NCBI GenBank assembly: GCA_041492755.1
Contig: JBGPXN010000036.1
Coordinates: 1-33,765, forward strand
Direction of reading: 5' to 3'
DNA length: 33,765 nucleotides
DNA from: Candidatus Methylomirabilia bacterium
GTDB taxonomy: Bacteria > Methylomirabilota > Methylomirabilia > Rokubacteriales > CSP1-6
How positions within the stretch are numbered: the first letter of the stretch is position 1; every line of letters begins with the position of its first letter. Shown here piece by piece: positions 25,350-33,765 of this stretch. The notes beneath the pieces were generated by a model. That model ran no database searches and had not been told where the DNA came from. It saw only the letters and a list, made by a program, of their open reading frames with translations. The position numbers and the translations under genes were made by a program.

Positions 25350-27341
25350 ATGGCTTCCACCGCGTTCGTGCTGACCGGGCTCGTCGCCCGATGGATCCAT
25401 CTTGCCGCCGGAGTGGTGGCGGTGGGCACGTTCACGGCGCTGCTCCTCACCGGCCGATCGCTGCCCGCCACCGCGCGGGCGTGGGAGGCGCGCGTCCTCC
25501 GCTGGTCGCCGTGGCTGCTCGCCACCGTTCTCGTGTCCGGGATCGCCGTGCTCGCGCATCAAACGGCGCTGGCGGAGGGCCGCCTGGCCGCCGTCGTCGA
25601 TGCGCGGGCGCTCGGCCGCATGCTGCTCGATACGCATGGCGGCGCGGTGTGGCTGGGCCGTCACGGCATCGTCCTCCTGCTCGCCGCCCTCGTGAGCCTG
25701 CCCGCGCGCATGGAGGACGGCATCGACTGGCTCGCCGCTCGCAGCCACGCGATGCTCTTCGCCGTCGTGGCGCTCGCGCTCATGGCCATGGCCGGCCACG
25801 CGGCCGCCGTGGAGCCCGGTACCGTCACCGCCATCGTCGTCGACGCGGTCCACCTCGTCGCCGCGGGTGTCTGGATCGGCAGCTTGCTGCCGATGGCGGC
25901 GCTGCTCCGCGCGGCCGGCACCGACGCCGGCGCCGATGCGCGGCCGTACGCGGTACTCGCGGTGCGCCGGTTCTCGCGCGCGGCGTTGCTCGCCGTGGTC
26001 GTGCTCGCCGTCACCGGCGTCGCCAACGCGTGGACGCACGTCGCCGACGTCGCGGGGTTGGTCGGGACGCCGTACGGGCGACTCTTGCTCGGCAAGCTTG
26101 CCCTCTTCGCCGTCGTGCTGGCGGTGGCGTCGATCAATCGGCGGCGCCTGTTGCCGCGGCTCGCCGGAGAGGCGGTCACGGTCGGGCGGCCGGCGATGCG
26201 TCGGCTCGCCCGCTTCATGACGATCGAGGGCGCGCTCGCCCTCGCCGTGCTCGTGGTCGTGGCCGCGATGACGACGACCCCGCCGGCGCGCCACCTGCAA
26301 CCCACGTGGCCCTTCGCCTATCGGCTCACCGGATCGACGCTCGGCGACGTCCCGGATCTCGCCATGCGCGTGCTCGTCGGCAGCCAGCTTGCCGTCCTCG
26401 GCGTGGCCGGCCTGCTGTCCACGCTGCTGCTCGAAACGCGGCGGCTGGTTCTCGCCGTCAGCGCGCTGGTGCTCGCGGGCTTCGGCCTGGGGCTCGCCAT
26501 CCCGCCGCTCGCGGTGGACGCGTACCCCACCACGTATTTCCGCCCGACCGTGCCGTATCACGCCACGTCGATCACCCACGGCGGCGCGCTCTACCGCGAG
26601 CACTGCGCGGCCTGCCACGGACCGACGGGCGCCGGCGACGGTCCGGCCGGCATCCGGCTGCCCCGGCCGCCGGCCGATCTCCGATCCGGGCACACCGGGC
26701 AGCACACGGCCGGCGATCTCTACTGGTGGATCAGTCACGGCATTCCGCGGGGCGGGATGCCGCCGTTCGGCGACCGGCTCACCGAGGAAGACCGCTGGGA
26801 CGTGATCAACCACGTGCGGGCGCTGGCCGCCGCCGACGTCGTGCGCTGGATGGGCCCGGTGATCGAGCCGGGCGGGCCGCGCGTCGTCGCCCCCGATTTC
26901 GCGTTCGCGGTGGGCCCGACACCGTTCCGCTCGCTGCGCGAGTACCGCGGCCGGCGCATCGTGCTGATCGTGCTGTACCAGCTCCCCGCCTCGCGCGCCC
27001 GCCTCGCGCAGCTCGCCGAACGCCAGGAGACGCTGGCGCTGCTGGGCGTCGAAGTGATCGCCGTGCCGCGCGACGCCGACCCCGACGCCATACGAACGCT
27101 CGGCAACATACGCGCGTTCTTCTCCGTCGTCACCGACGGCGCTCCGGACATCGTCGCGACGTACGGCCCGTTCGCGCGCGGCCGCCACGCGGAGCTCCTC
27201 GTCGACCGCCAGGGCTACCTCCGGGCACGCTTCACCGTGGAAGACGGCGCGGCGCCGGACGTCAACCGGCTGCTCGCCGAGGTGCAGACGTTGAACGAGG
27301 AGAAGGTCACGCTGCCGCCGGCGGACGAGCACGTGCACTGA
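25350..27341 (+). CDS. CopD-family membrane protein fused to a cytochrome c and a thioredoxin/AhpC-like domain
   Basis: RWIHL, AGHAAA, HLVAAGVWIG.L, RRFS, TPYGRLLLGKL (CopD); CAACHG...GDG, GDLYWWI..G...MPPF (cyt c); APDF...SLREYRGRR...LLVDRQGYLRAR; start ATG 25350 behind TACAGT. Confidence 0.88.
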   Translation: MASTAFVLTGLVARWIHLAAGVVAVGTFTALLLTGRSLPATARAWEARVLRWSPWLLATVLVSGIAVLAHQTALAEGRLAAVVDARALGRMLLDTHGGAVWLGRHGIVLLLAALVSLPARMEDGIDWLAARSHAMLFAVVALALMAMAGHAAAVEPGTVTAIVVDAVHLVAAGVWIGSLLPMAALLRAAGTDAGADARPYAVLAVRRFSRAALLAVVVLAVTGVANAWTHVADVAGLVGTPYGRLLLGKLALFAVVLAVASINRRRLLPRLAGEAVTVGRPAMRRLARFMTIEGALALAVLVVVAAMTTTPPARHLQPTWPFAYRLTGSTLGDVPDLAMRVLVGSQLAVLGVAGLLSTLLLETRRLVLAVSALVLAGFGLGLAIPPLAVDAYPTTYFRPTVPYHATSITHGGALYREHCAACHGPTGAGDGPAGIRLPRPPADLRSGHTGQHTAGDLYWWISHGIPRGGMPPFGDRLTEEDRWDVINHVRALAAADVVRWMGPVIEPGGPRVVAPDFAFAVGPTPFRSLREYRGRRIVLIVLYQLPASRARLAQLAERQETLALLGVEVIAVPRDADPDAIRTLGNIRAFFSVVTDGAPDIVATYGPFARGRHAELLVDRQGYLRARFTVEDGAAPDVNRLLAEVQTLNEEKVTLPPADEHVH

Positions 27342-27703
27342 TGCGCGTGTGGAAGGTCGTGATCCTGGTGGATCTGGCGCTGCTGCTCGGGCTCGGCGGC
27401 GGTTACCTGCTCTGGGGCCGCGAGGCCGGGCGGGCGTCGGAGGCCGCGGGCCGGACGGCGGCCGTGGGCGGGCCGCGCGAGTGGCGCGCCCAGGGCGTCG
27501 TCCGGGCCACGCTGCCCGAGCTCGGCGTCGTCGTGCTGACTCACGGCGACATTCCGGGCTACATGCCGGCCATGACGATGGGGTTCCGGATGGAGTCCGC
27601 GAACATCGCCGACGGGATTTCCGTGGGTGATGCGGTACGATTCACTTTGCGGGGTACGCCACCACAGGTGACCGTGACCGCGCTCGAGAAGACGGGACAG
27701 TAA
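27341..27703 (+). CDS. CusF-like copper-binding protein with N-terminal membrane anchor
   Basis: HGDIPGYMPAMTMGF and GDAVRFTL; TGATG coupling to the upstream gene. Confidence 0.85.
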   Translation: MRVWKVVILVDLALLLGLGGGYLLWGREAGRASEAAGRTAAVGGPREWRAQGVVRATLPELGVVVLTHGDIPGYMPAMTMGFRMESANIADGISVGDAVRFTLRGTPPQVTVTALEKTGQ

Positions 27704-27712
27704 GGAGGCGCC

Positions 27713-28705
27713 GTGCGCATCATCGCCCTCGCCGCCGCGATCCTGATCGCCAGCCCTGCCGCTGCGGCCACGCTCTACGTCACCAACACCAAGGCCAACA
27801 CGATCTCCGTCATCGACACCGACACCTTCGAGGTCACCCACACCATCAAGCTCGGTGACGGCAAGCCGAATCGGGTGGTGTTCCATCCCGATGGACGGAC
27901 GGCCTGGGTCGTCTACGACAAGAGCCATGACCTGGGCATGGTCGACGCGACCACCGGCAAGCTGCTGCGCCGAACCAAGATCGGCGGCAACCCCTACAAT
28001 CTCGCGTTCAGCCCCGACGGCCGGTATCTCTACGTGCTCGACTGGTCGAGCGACACGAGCAACGACGAGGTGATCGTCTACGACCTCAAGGCCGAGAAGA
28101 TCGAGTGGCGCGTCGAAGTGTCGACGTGGCCGGCCCACGGCGTGTTCTCGCGCGACGGCCGGCTCTTCTACGTCTCCGGCGAGACGGCGGGCGACGTCAC
28201 CGTGATCGACACCACGACGCGCTCGGTCGTGAATCGCTACGTGCACGGCGGCGGCGACGCCATGGGCCTGGCGCTGAGCGCGGACGGGCGCGTGCTCTAC
28301 GCGGCCGCCGGCGAGAACAAGGCGATCGTGAAGCTCGACACCGCGACCGGCAAGCCCACGGGCACGATCGCGCTGCCCGGCGTCGTGCACGAGGCGACCC
28401 TCACCCTCGACGGCCGCTTCCTGTACACGACGCTCCGCAAGACCAATCGCGTCGTGGTCGTGCGCACCGCGGACGACCGCATCGTGGCCACGATTCCGCA
28501 GAAGGGCTATCCGGACCTGGTCACCATGGAGCCGAACGGCCGATACGCGTTCGTGACCAACCGCTGGGCCGACCACGTGTCCGTGATCGACCTGACGACC
28601 CACGCGCAGGTCCGGACCATCCCGGTCGGGCGCGCTCCGCACGGGATGGCGCTGCGCCCGGGCCACGGCACCGCGTTGCGTCCGACCGCGGGCGCGGCGC
28701 GCTGA
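27713..28705 (+). CDS. Exported YVTN/YncE-type beta-propeller protein
   Basis: Signal peptide; LYVTN..ANTISVID, FSPDGRYLYV, AFVTN..DHVSVID, PVGRAPHG repeats; SD aaggagg. Confidence 0.9.
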   Translation: MRIIALAAAILIASPAAAATLYVTNTKANTISVIDTDTFEVTHTIKLGDGKPNRVVFHPDGRTAWVVYDKSHDLGMVDATTGKLLRRTKIGGNPYNLAFSPDGRYLYVLDWSSDTSNDEVIVYDLKAEKIEWRVEVSTWPAHGVFSRDGRLFYVSGETAGDVTVIDTTTRSVVNRYVHGGGDAMGLALSADGRVLYAAAGENKAIVKLDTATGKPTGTIALPGVVHEATLTLDGRFLYTTLRKTNRVVVVRTADDRIVATIPQKGYPDLVTMEPNGRYAFVTNRWADHVSVIDLTTHAQVRTIPVGRAPHGMALRPGHGTALRPTAGAAR

Positions 28706-28757
28706 GCGGAAGCCGGATGGTGGTGACCACGGAGTTCGACTGGCCCGCCCCGGCGCA

Positions 28758-28964
28758 ATGAGGAGCGCCGGCGCCGCCACGCTGCTCGCCGTCGGCCACG
28801 CCTGGGCCGATCACCCCGGCGGCGGGCCCCGGACGGAAGGCATGCACCCCGTGCTGTCGGCCGTGCTCTGGGCCGCGGTGGCGTTCGCGCTGGGGATGGC
28901 GGTGGTCGCGATCCTCACGGTCCTCTCACGGCGCGGATCGTCCTCGGAGCCGCCGCCCAAGTGA
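28758..28964 (+). CDS. Small membrane protein (signal peptide, DHPGG, one TM)
   Basis: 68 aa; stop overlaps the copC start; AWA|DHPGG followed by a hydrophobic helix. Confidence 0.6.
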   Translation: MRSAGAATLLAVGHAWADHPGGGPRTEGMHPVLSAVLWAAVAFALGMAVVAILTVLSRRGSSSEPPPK

Positions 28965-29341
28965 TGCGCCGCCGGCGGTACGTGGCGGCGCTGCTCGCCG
29001 GCGTGCTCGTCCTGGCGCCGGTGCCGGTGTTGGCCCACGCGTTCCTGGTGAAGTCGAGCCCCACGCGGCGCGCCACGCTCAGCCAACCGCCGGCGCGCGT
29101 CGATCTCATCTTCAACGAGCGTCTGGAGCCCGCCTACTCGAGCGTATCGGTGTGGAGCGACGCGAGCAACACGCAGGTCGATCTTCGCGACGCCGCCGTC
29201 GCCGCCGCCGAACCGCGGAGGCTCAGCGTCTCGCTGCCGAGCCTCCCGTCGGGCACCTATACGGTGCGGTTCCGGGTGCTTTCCATCGATGGCCACGTCG
29301 TCGAGTCGACCTTCCCCTTCACCATCGCCAGCCGCCACTAA
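28964..29341 (+). CDS. copC: Copper resistance protein CopC
   Basis: VLA|HAFLVKSSP (N-terminal His), L.FNE, GTYTVRFRVLSIDGH; alternative GTG at 28961. Confidence 0.92.
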   Translation: MRRRRYVAALLAGVLVLAPVPVLAHAFLVKSSPTRRATLSQPPARVDLIFNERLEPAYSSVSVWSDASNTQVDLRDAAVAAAEPRRLSVSLPSLPSGTYTVRFRVLSIDGHVVESTFPFTIASRH

Positions 29342-29447
29342 CCGGCGATCCACGTGCCGGGGGCCCGAGCGTCCCTACCAACGCCGTGATAGCCTCTCGG
29401 TGACAGGCGTCGACGGCGCGAGCTCGACGTCGCCCTGGGAGGTTCGC

Positions 29448-29822
29448 ATGATTCGAACCAAGGGCCTCACCCACATCCAGCTCGTTGTTCGGGATCTCGA
29501 GCGCTCTCTCGGGTTCTACACGCGCGTCTTCGGATTACAGGAGCGCTTTCGCCAGGGTGACCACATGGTCTTCCTCAACACCCCCGCCAGTCAGGACCTG
29601 ATCACCCTCAACCAGAGCTCCCGCGCGGCCGGGCTGGCCGGTGACAACGGCGGCATCGATCACTTCGGCTTTCAGCTGACGGATGGTTCGGACCTGGACG
29701 CCGCGATCGCCGAAGTCGAGGCGGCCGGCGGAAAGCTCATCAGCCGCGGCGAGCACGCGCCCGGGGCTCGGTTTGCGTACATCCGCGATCCCGACGGTTA
29801 CGTCATCGAGCTGATGGCGTAG
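29448..29822 (+). CDS. VOC/glyoxalase family protein
   Basis: LTHIQLVVRDLERSLGFY, HFGF, YIRDPDGYVIEL; SD ggagg. Confidence 0.9.
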   Translation: MIRTKGLTHIQLVVRDLERSLGFYTRVFGLQERFRQGDHMVFLNTPASQDLITLNQSSRAAGLAGDNGGIDHFGFQLTDGSDLDAAIAEVEAAGGKLISRGEHAPGARFAYIRDPDGYVIELMA

Positions 29823-29854
29823 GACGGCGCCACGGTGGTGTGCGCGTTCGTGCT

Positions 29855-30059
29855 CTAGCCTGGATTATTCATGAACGCGCACACCGCGATCGACCGGGGG
29901 CACGGGCGGAGATGGGGGGATGGGGTCCGGGTGACCCATTTCCCGCCACGCGAGACGACGACATCGCCCTATGGAATGGGAACGGCTCGCCGGTGATCGG
30001 TACGCCGTCGGCTGTGGTCAGAGGACCCCGTCCCCCCATCTCCGCCCGTGCCTCCCGGT
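29855..30059 (+). repeat. ~205-bp long-hairpin dispersed element, copy B
   Basis: About 94% identical to the reverse complement of 25083-25288; internal inverted repeat 29893-29928 / 30023-30059. Confidence 0.92.
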
Positions 30060-30072
30060 TTAGGATGACCTG

Positions 30073-30693
30073 ATGCCGGTCATCCGCGCGCGCACGCTGT
30101 GCCTCGCCAACGGAGCCGTCTTCCTCCTGCTCGCGCTGGCCGCCACCTGGCTCGGCACGCTGCCCTTCGACGGACCGGCGCGCGAAACTGTGCTGGCCCT
30201 GGCCTCTCCGGCCGTCCTGGCCGCCATGCGCGTCGTGAACTACGCCGGCGCCTGGCAGGTCCTGATCCCGGGCACCGTGCTGCTCTTCCTGGTCTTCGAG
30301 CGGGCGCGCGCGGCGTGGTGGGTGTGGCTGGTGTTGATGATCGCGGCCCCGCTGGCTGAAGGCGGTCTGAAGTTCGTCGTCGGTCGGACCCGCCCGGAAG
30401 GACTTGCGCTCGGCTTCCCGAGTGGCCACGCGACCGCCGCCGCCGCGTTCTTCGGCGCCGTGCTGTATCTCGCGGGCACCCTGAACGGCGCCGCCCGCTG
30501 GATCCTGCGCGCGCTCGCGGTCGCGACGATCGCGGCCGTCGCGATCGCCCGCGTCATGCTGCGCGCGCACTGGCCCTCGGACGCGCTGGCGGGAATCGCG
30601 CTCGGGCTTGCGCTGGCGTCCGCCGCCGCGCTGGTGGCGTCTGCCTGGGCGCTCGACCCTGCCGTCAGTCCGCGGTCGCGGCCGGCCGGTTGA
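30073..30693 (+). CDS. PAP2-superfamily membrane phosphatase
   Basis: KxxxGRTRP, FPSGH, ARVMLRAHWPSD motifs; -10-like TAGGAT 6 nt upstream. Confidence 0.92.
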   Translation: MPVIRARTLCLANGAVFLLLALAATWLGTLPFDGPARETVLALASPAVLAAMRVVNYAGAWQVLIPGTVLLFLVFERARAAWWVWLVLMIAAPLAEGGLKFVVGRTRPEGLALGFPSGHATAAAAFFGAVLYLAGTLNGAARWILRALAVATIAAVAIARVMLRAHWPSDALAGIALGLALASAAALVASAWALDPAVSPRSRPAG

Positions 30694-33600
30694 GGGCGGC
30701 GGCGACGACGGCCCGGATCTCGGCGCGCTTGAACGGCTTCGCGAGCAGGTGGTCGACCTCGGGGGTCCTCGCGGGATCGATCTGATCCCCCCAGCCGGTG
30801 ACCATGGCCACCGGCGTCCCCGGCCGGCATGCCTTCACGCGGCGGGACACTTCCCAGCCCGAGATTCCCGGCATCCCCAGATCGGTGAGCACGAGATCGA
30901 AGGGCGCCGCCTCGAACTGGGCGAGGCCGGAACGGCCGTCGTGGCAGACGACGACTTCGTGCCCATCGCGACGCAAGAGCTCGCCCATCGCCGAGGCGAT
31001 TTCCTCCTCGTCGTCGATGACGAGGATCCGCCCGGTCCGCGGCGCCGGCACGACCGGCACCGCCGGCGCGGCCGGCAGCGGTTCGGCCGCGCGCGGGAAC
31101 CGCAGGGTGAACGTGCTGCCCCGGCCCGGCGCGCTCTGGACCTGCACCTCGCCGCCGTGCCGGGTGACGATGCCGTACACGACGCTCAGGCCGAGGCCGG
31201 TCCCGCGCTCCCCCTTCGTGGTGAAGAACGGATCAAAGATGCGCTGGCGGACGTCCTCGTGCATGCCGATTCCGGTGTCCGTCAGGGCGCAGAACACGTG
31301 GTCGTCCGCCACGCCCGTGCGCAGGCCGAGCCGGCCGCCCTCCGGCATCGCGTCGATGGCGTTGAAGACGATGTTGGTCAGCGCCTCGCGGAGCTCCGAC
31401 GGGTCACCCGCCATCGGTGGCGTGGCGTCCGGCGCCAGCGTCATCTCGTAGGCGATGCCCCGCGCCTGGGGCTCGTCCTTCCAGCGCGAGCGGGTCACTT
31501 CCACGACCTCCTCGACGATCTGCCGCAGGTCGACGGGCTGGAATGGCCGCGCGCGCCGCATCCGGGTGAAGTCGCCGATGCGCCGCACGGTCTGGCCGGC
31601 GTCGAGGGCGACCTTGAGGATCACGCGAAGCTGCCGCCGCAGCTCGGGATCGCTGGCCTCCGCCACCAGCGACTCCGCGCGCCCGGTGATGATGGCCAGG
31701 AAGTTGTTGAAGTCGTGGGCCACACCACCGGCCATCTCGCCCAGGGCGCGCAGGCGCTCGCCCTGCACGATCCGCTGCTGTGACTCCTCCACCGTGCTGA
31801 GCGCGCTGCGCAGGTCGCCGTAGAGGCGGCTGTTCTCGAGCGCCACCGCCGCCTGGTCGGCGAACGTGCCGAGGAGCGCGACCTCGGCCTCCGTGAAGCG
31901 CCGACCGGCGGGGTCCGCCACGCCCACGACGCCGATGATCTGCCGCTTCGCGCGCAGCGGCACCGCCAGGACCGCGCGCAGCCCCCCCTGCTCGACGTGC
32001 CGGCGCATCTCGGCCGGCATGACCACGTCGGGATCGGTCAGCACGTCCGCCGTCCACACCGGGACGCCCTCGGCCGCCGCCCGGCCCGCGATCCCGCCCC
32101 CGCTCGGCGTCGCCGGCAGCGGCCCGACACCGCCCTGCATCTCCCCACTCGAGGCCAGCAGCGTCAGGGTGCCGTCCGGCTGACGGACCCGCAGGACGGC
32201 GAGACGCGCGCTCAGCAATTGCCGGGCGCTGTCGGCGATACGCTCCACGACGTCGGCGGTGTCCAGGCTCTCGGTGAGCATGCGGGCCAGTCGCGCGAGC
32301 TCCTGGGCCTCGCGCTGGCGCCGCCGCATCTCTTCGTAGAGCCGCGCGTTCGCCACGAACATTGCGGCCTGGTCGCTGATGGCCTCGACCAGGCGCAGCT
32401 CGTCGGGCCTGAACTCGCGCCGGGCCTTCCACCAGATCGCGACGAAGGCGCCGAACGGCTCGTCCTTGAGGACCATCGGCACGAACAGCACCGACTGGTG
32501 CGGAAAGCGCCCCCAGCTCTCGCCGTGCAGGCGCGGGTCGTTGGCGACGTCGCTCGAGTAGATCGCGCGGCGCTCCTGCCAGGTCGCCTCCATGGGGGCC
32601 GAGCGCGTGATGGGGAACGGGTGCGCCAGGAAGTCGGCGATGCGCTCCCGTGGCACGTGATAGCCGGCGATCGCGTGCAGGGCCGCGCCTTCCGGATCGG
32701 CGAGGTACGCGCCGACGGTGTCGGCGCCCAGCGTGCGGCCGATCTCCCGCGCGACCCGGCGCATCGTCTCCGCGAGGTCGAGCGTCGAGCTGAGGGCCTG
32801 GGTGATCGCCAGCAACGTCCGGGTCTCTTGCAGACGATTCTGGGTCTGCTGGAACAAGCGTGCGTGGTCGATGGCCAGCGCCGCCTGGGTGGCGAGCGCC
32901 TGCAGGAGCTGGACGTCCTCGTCCGCGAATCGGCGCGAATCGCGGTGCAACACCTGGAGCACCCCGAGGACCGAATCCTTGACGATCATCGGCACCGCGC
33001 ACATCGCCCGGTAGCCGAGCGCGCGGACCAGCGTGGTGTCCCGCCCCGCGGGCTCGGCCCCGAGGTCGGCCTGCACGAGCGCACAGCGCTCGAAGACCAC
33101 GACGCCGGTGAGGCTCTCGGCGATACTCAGGGGCTCGAGCATCAGCGGCGACGGATCGAAGCCGACCGCGCTCCGGACCGCGAGGTTCTCCCCCTCGACG
33201 GCCAGCAGCAGGGCCGCGTCGGTACCCAACAGGCGGCGCGCCTCCTCGGCAATCCGGGGCAGCAGGCGGTCGACGTCGATTTCGGTCGCGAGCTCGCCGC
33301 TGATCGCCACCAGCGCCGCCTCCCGCTCGGCGAGCCGCCGCTCCTGCCGCTCGGCGCGGAGCAAGCGCGCGTTCTGCATCGCGATGGCGGTCTGCGCGGC
33401 GATGCCCTCGACGAGCCGCCGCTCCTCGGCCGTGAGCACGTGACGCTCACGCACCCAGAGCACGGTGAAGCCACCGAGCAGCTGGTCCTGGACCAGCATC
33501 GGCATGGCCAGGATCGACTGGTGGGGGACGAGCCGCAGGAGCGGATTGTCGGCGCGACTGTCTTGCTGGCTGTCCTCGATGTGCACGAGGCCCGACCACG

Positions 33601-33765
33601 CGTCGGCGACGAACGCCAGCGTCGTCGGCAACTGGTCGGCGGAGAGCTGCCCGGCCACGTGGGCCGGAATGTGGTAGCCGGCGAGCGGCACCAGCGTCGT
33701 CCCCCCGGCGTCGATCTCCCACACGCCGCCCATGTCGGCACCCAGCGCCTGGACCATCGCGCGGA
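30665..33765 (-). CDS. Multi-GAF hybrid sensor histidine kinase/response regulator (5' end outside the window)
   Basis: At least four GAF domains; GVAHDFNN H-box, NAIDAM, DTGIGM, FDPFFTTK, GTGLGL; receiver ILVIDDE...DLGMP...KPF. Confidence 0.95.
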   Translation of the reverse strand, partial: RAMVQALGADMGGVWEIDAGGTTLVPLAGYHIPAHVAGQLSADQLPTTLAFVADAWSGLVHIEDSQQDSRADNPLLRLVPHQSILAMPMLVQDQLLGGFTVLWVRERHVLTAEERRLVEGIAAQTAIAMQNARLLRAERQERRLAEREAALVAISGELATEIDVDRLLPRIAEEARRLLGTDAALLLAVEGENLAVRSAVGFDPSPLMLEPLSIAESLTGVVVFERCALVQADLGAEPAGRDTTLVRALGYRAMCAVPMIVKDSVLGVLQVLHRDSRRFADEDVQLLQALATQAALAIDHARLFQQTQNRLQETRTLLAITQALSSTLDLAETMRRVAREIGRTLGADTVGAYLADPEGAALHAIAGYHVPRERIADFLAHPFPITRSAPMEATWQERRAIYSSDVANDPRLHGESWGRFPHQSVLFVPMVLKDEPFGAFVAIWWKARREFRPDELRLVEAISDQAAMFVANARLYEEMRRRQREAQELARLARMLTESLDTADVVERIADSARQLLSARLAVLRVRQPDGTLTLLASSGEMQGGVGPLPATPSGGGIAGRAAAEGVPVWTADVLTDPDVVMPAEMRRHVEQGGLRAVLAVPLRAKRQIIGVVGVADPAGRRFTEAEVALLGTFADQAAVALENSRLYGDLRSALSTVEESQQRIVQGERLRALGEMAGGVAHDFNNFLAIITGRAESLVAEASDPELRRQLRVILKVALDAGQTVRRIGDFTRMRRARPFQPVDLRQIVEEVVEVTRSRWKDEPQARGIAYEMTLAPDATPPMAGDPSELREALTNIVFNAIDAMPEGGRLGLRTGVADDHVFCALTDTGIGMHEDVRQRIFDPFFTTKGERGTGLGLSVVYGIVTRHGGEVQVQSAPGRGSTFTLRFPRAAEPLPAAPAVPVVPAPRTGRILVIDDEEEIASAMGELLRRDGHEVVVCHDGRSGLAQFEAAPFDLVLTDLGMPGISGWEVSRRVKACRPGTPVAMVTGWGDQIDPARTPEVDHLLAKPFKRAEIRAVVAAALNRPAATAD

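Noticed and set aside
25073..30072. Target-site duplication flanking the putative composite element
   Set aside because: The outer flanks (gcgagagccg before 25083 and ttaggatg after 30059) share no direct repeat, so transposition as one unit is not demonstrated
308..33002. Many long antisense or alternate-frame ORFs (e.g. 308-2335, 7586-8962, 22866-24359, 25308-27338, 27215-28780, 31404-33002)
   Set aside because: They are shadows of well-supported genes, expected in high-GC DNA with few stop codons; they are Arg/Gly/Ala-rich with no family motifs

Overview
High-GC (about 70% by eye) bacterial chromosomal segment, densely coding, with no rRNA, tRNA, CRISPR array or transposase gene visible. 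The gene mix is reminiscent of Candidatus Rokubacteria/Methylomirabilota (inference only). In order: partial yihY/BrkB-like gene; stand-alone trpB2 followed in the same frame, across one TAG, by a headless MetX-like hydrolase fragment; a minus-strand XRE-cupin regulator / PLP decarboxylase / truncated GNAT / aldo-keto reductase run; an exported tandem-ABM protein; a URO-D/MtaA-like protein; an unknown membrane protein; a nitrilase-family protein lacking its catalytic Cys; a half-size GDT1/UPF0016 protein; a pqqABCDE operon (31-aa pqqA missing from the ORF track) followed by a PQQ-type sugar dehydrogenase and a diheme cytochrome c; GT9, IMPase/HisN, CMD, PMM/PGM, MBL hydrolase, NUDIX and CYTH-CHAD genes; a 7-repeat FG-GAP protein; a HAD hydrolase; a copper-handling cluster (CopD-cytochrome c-thioredoxin-like fusion, CusF-like, YVTN propeller, small membrane protein, CopC) plus a VOC gene; a PAP2 phosphatase; and a partial multi-GAF hybrid kinase. 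The most striking unexplained structure is a pair of ~206-bp, ~94% identical, long-hairpin elements (25083-25288 and 29855-30059). They bracket the copper cluster in inverted orientation, show one compensatory base-pair swap, and each sits directly upstream of a phosphatase-family gene.
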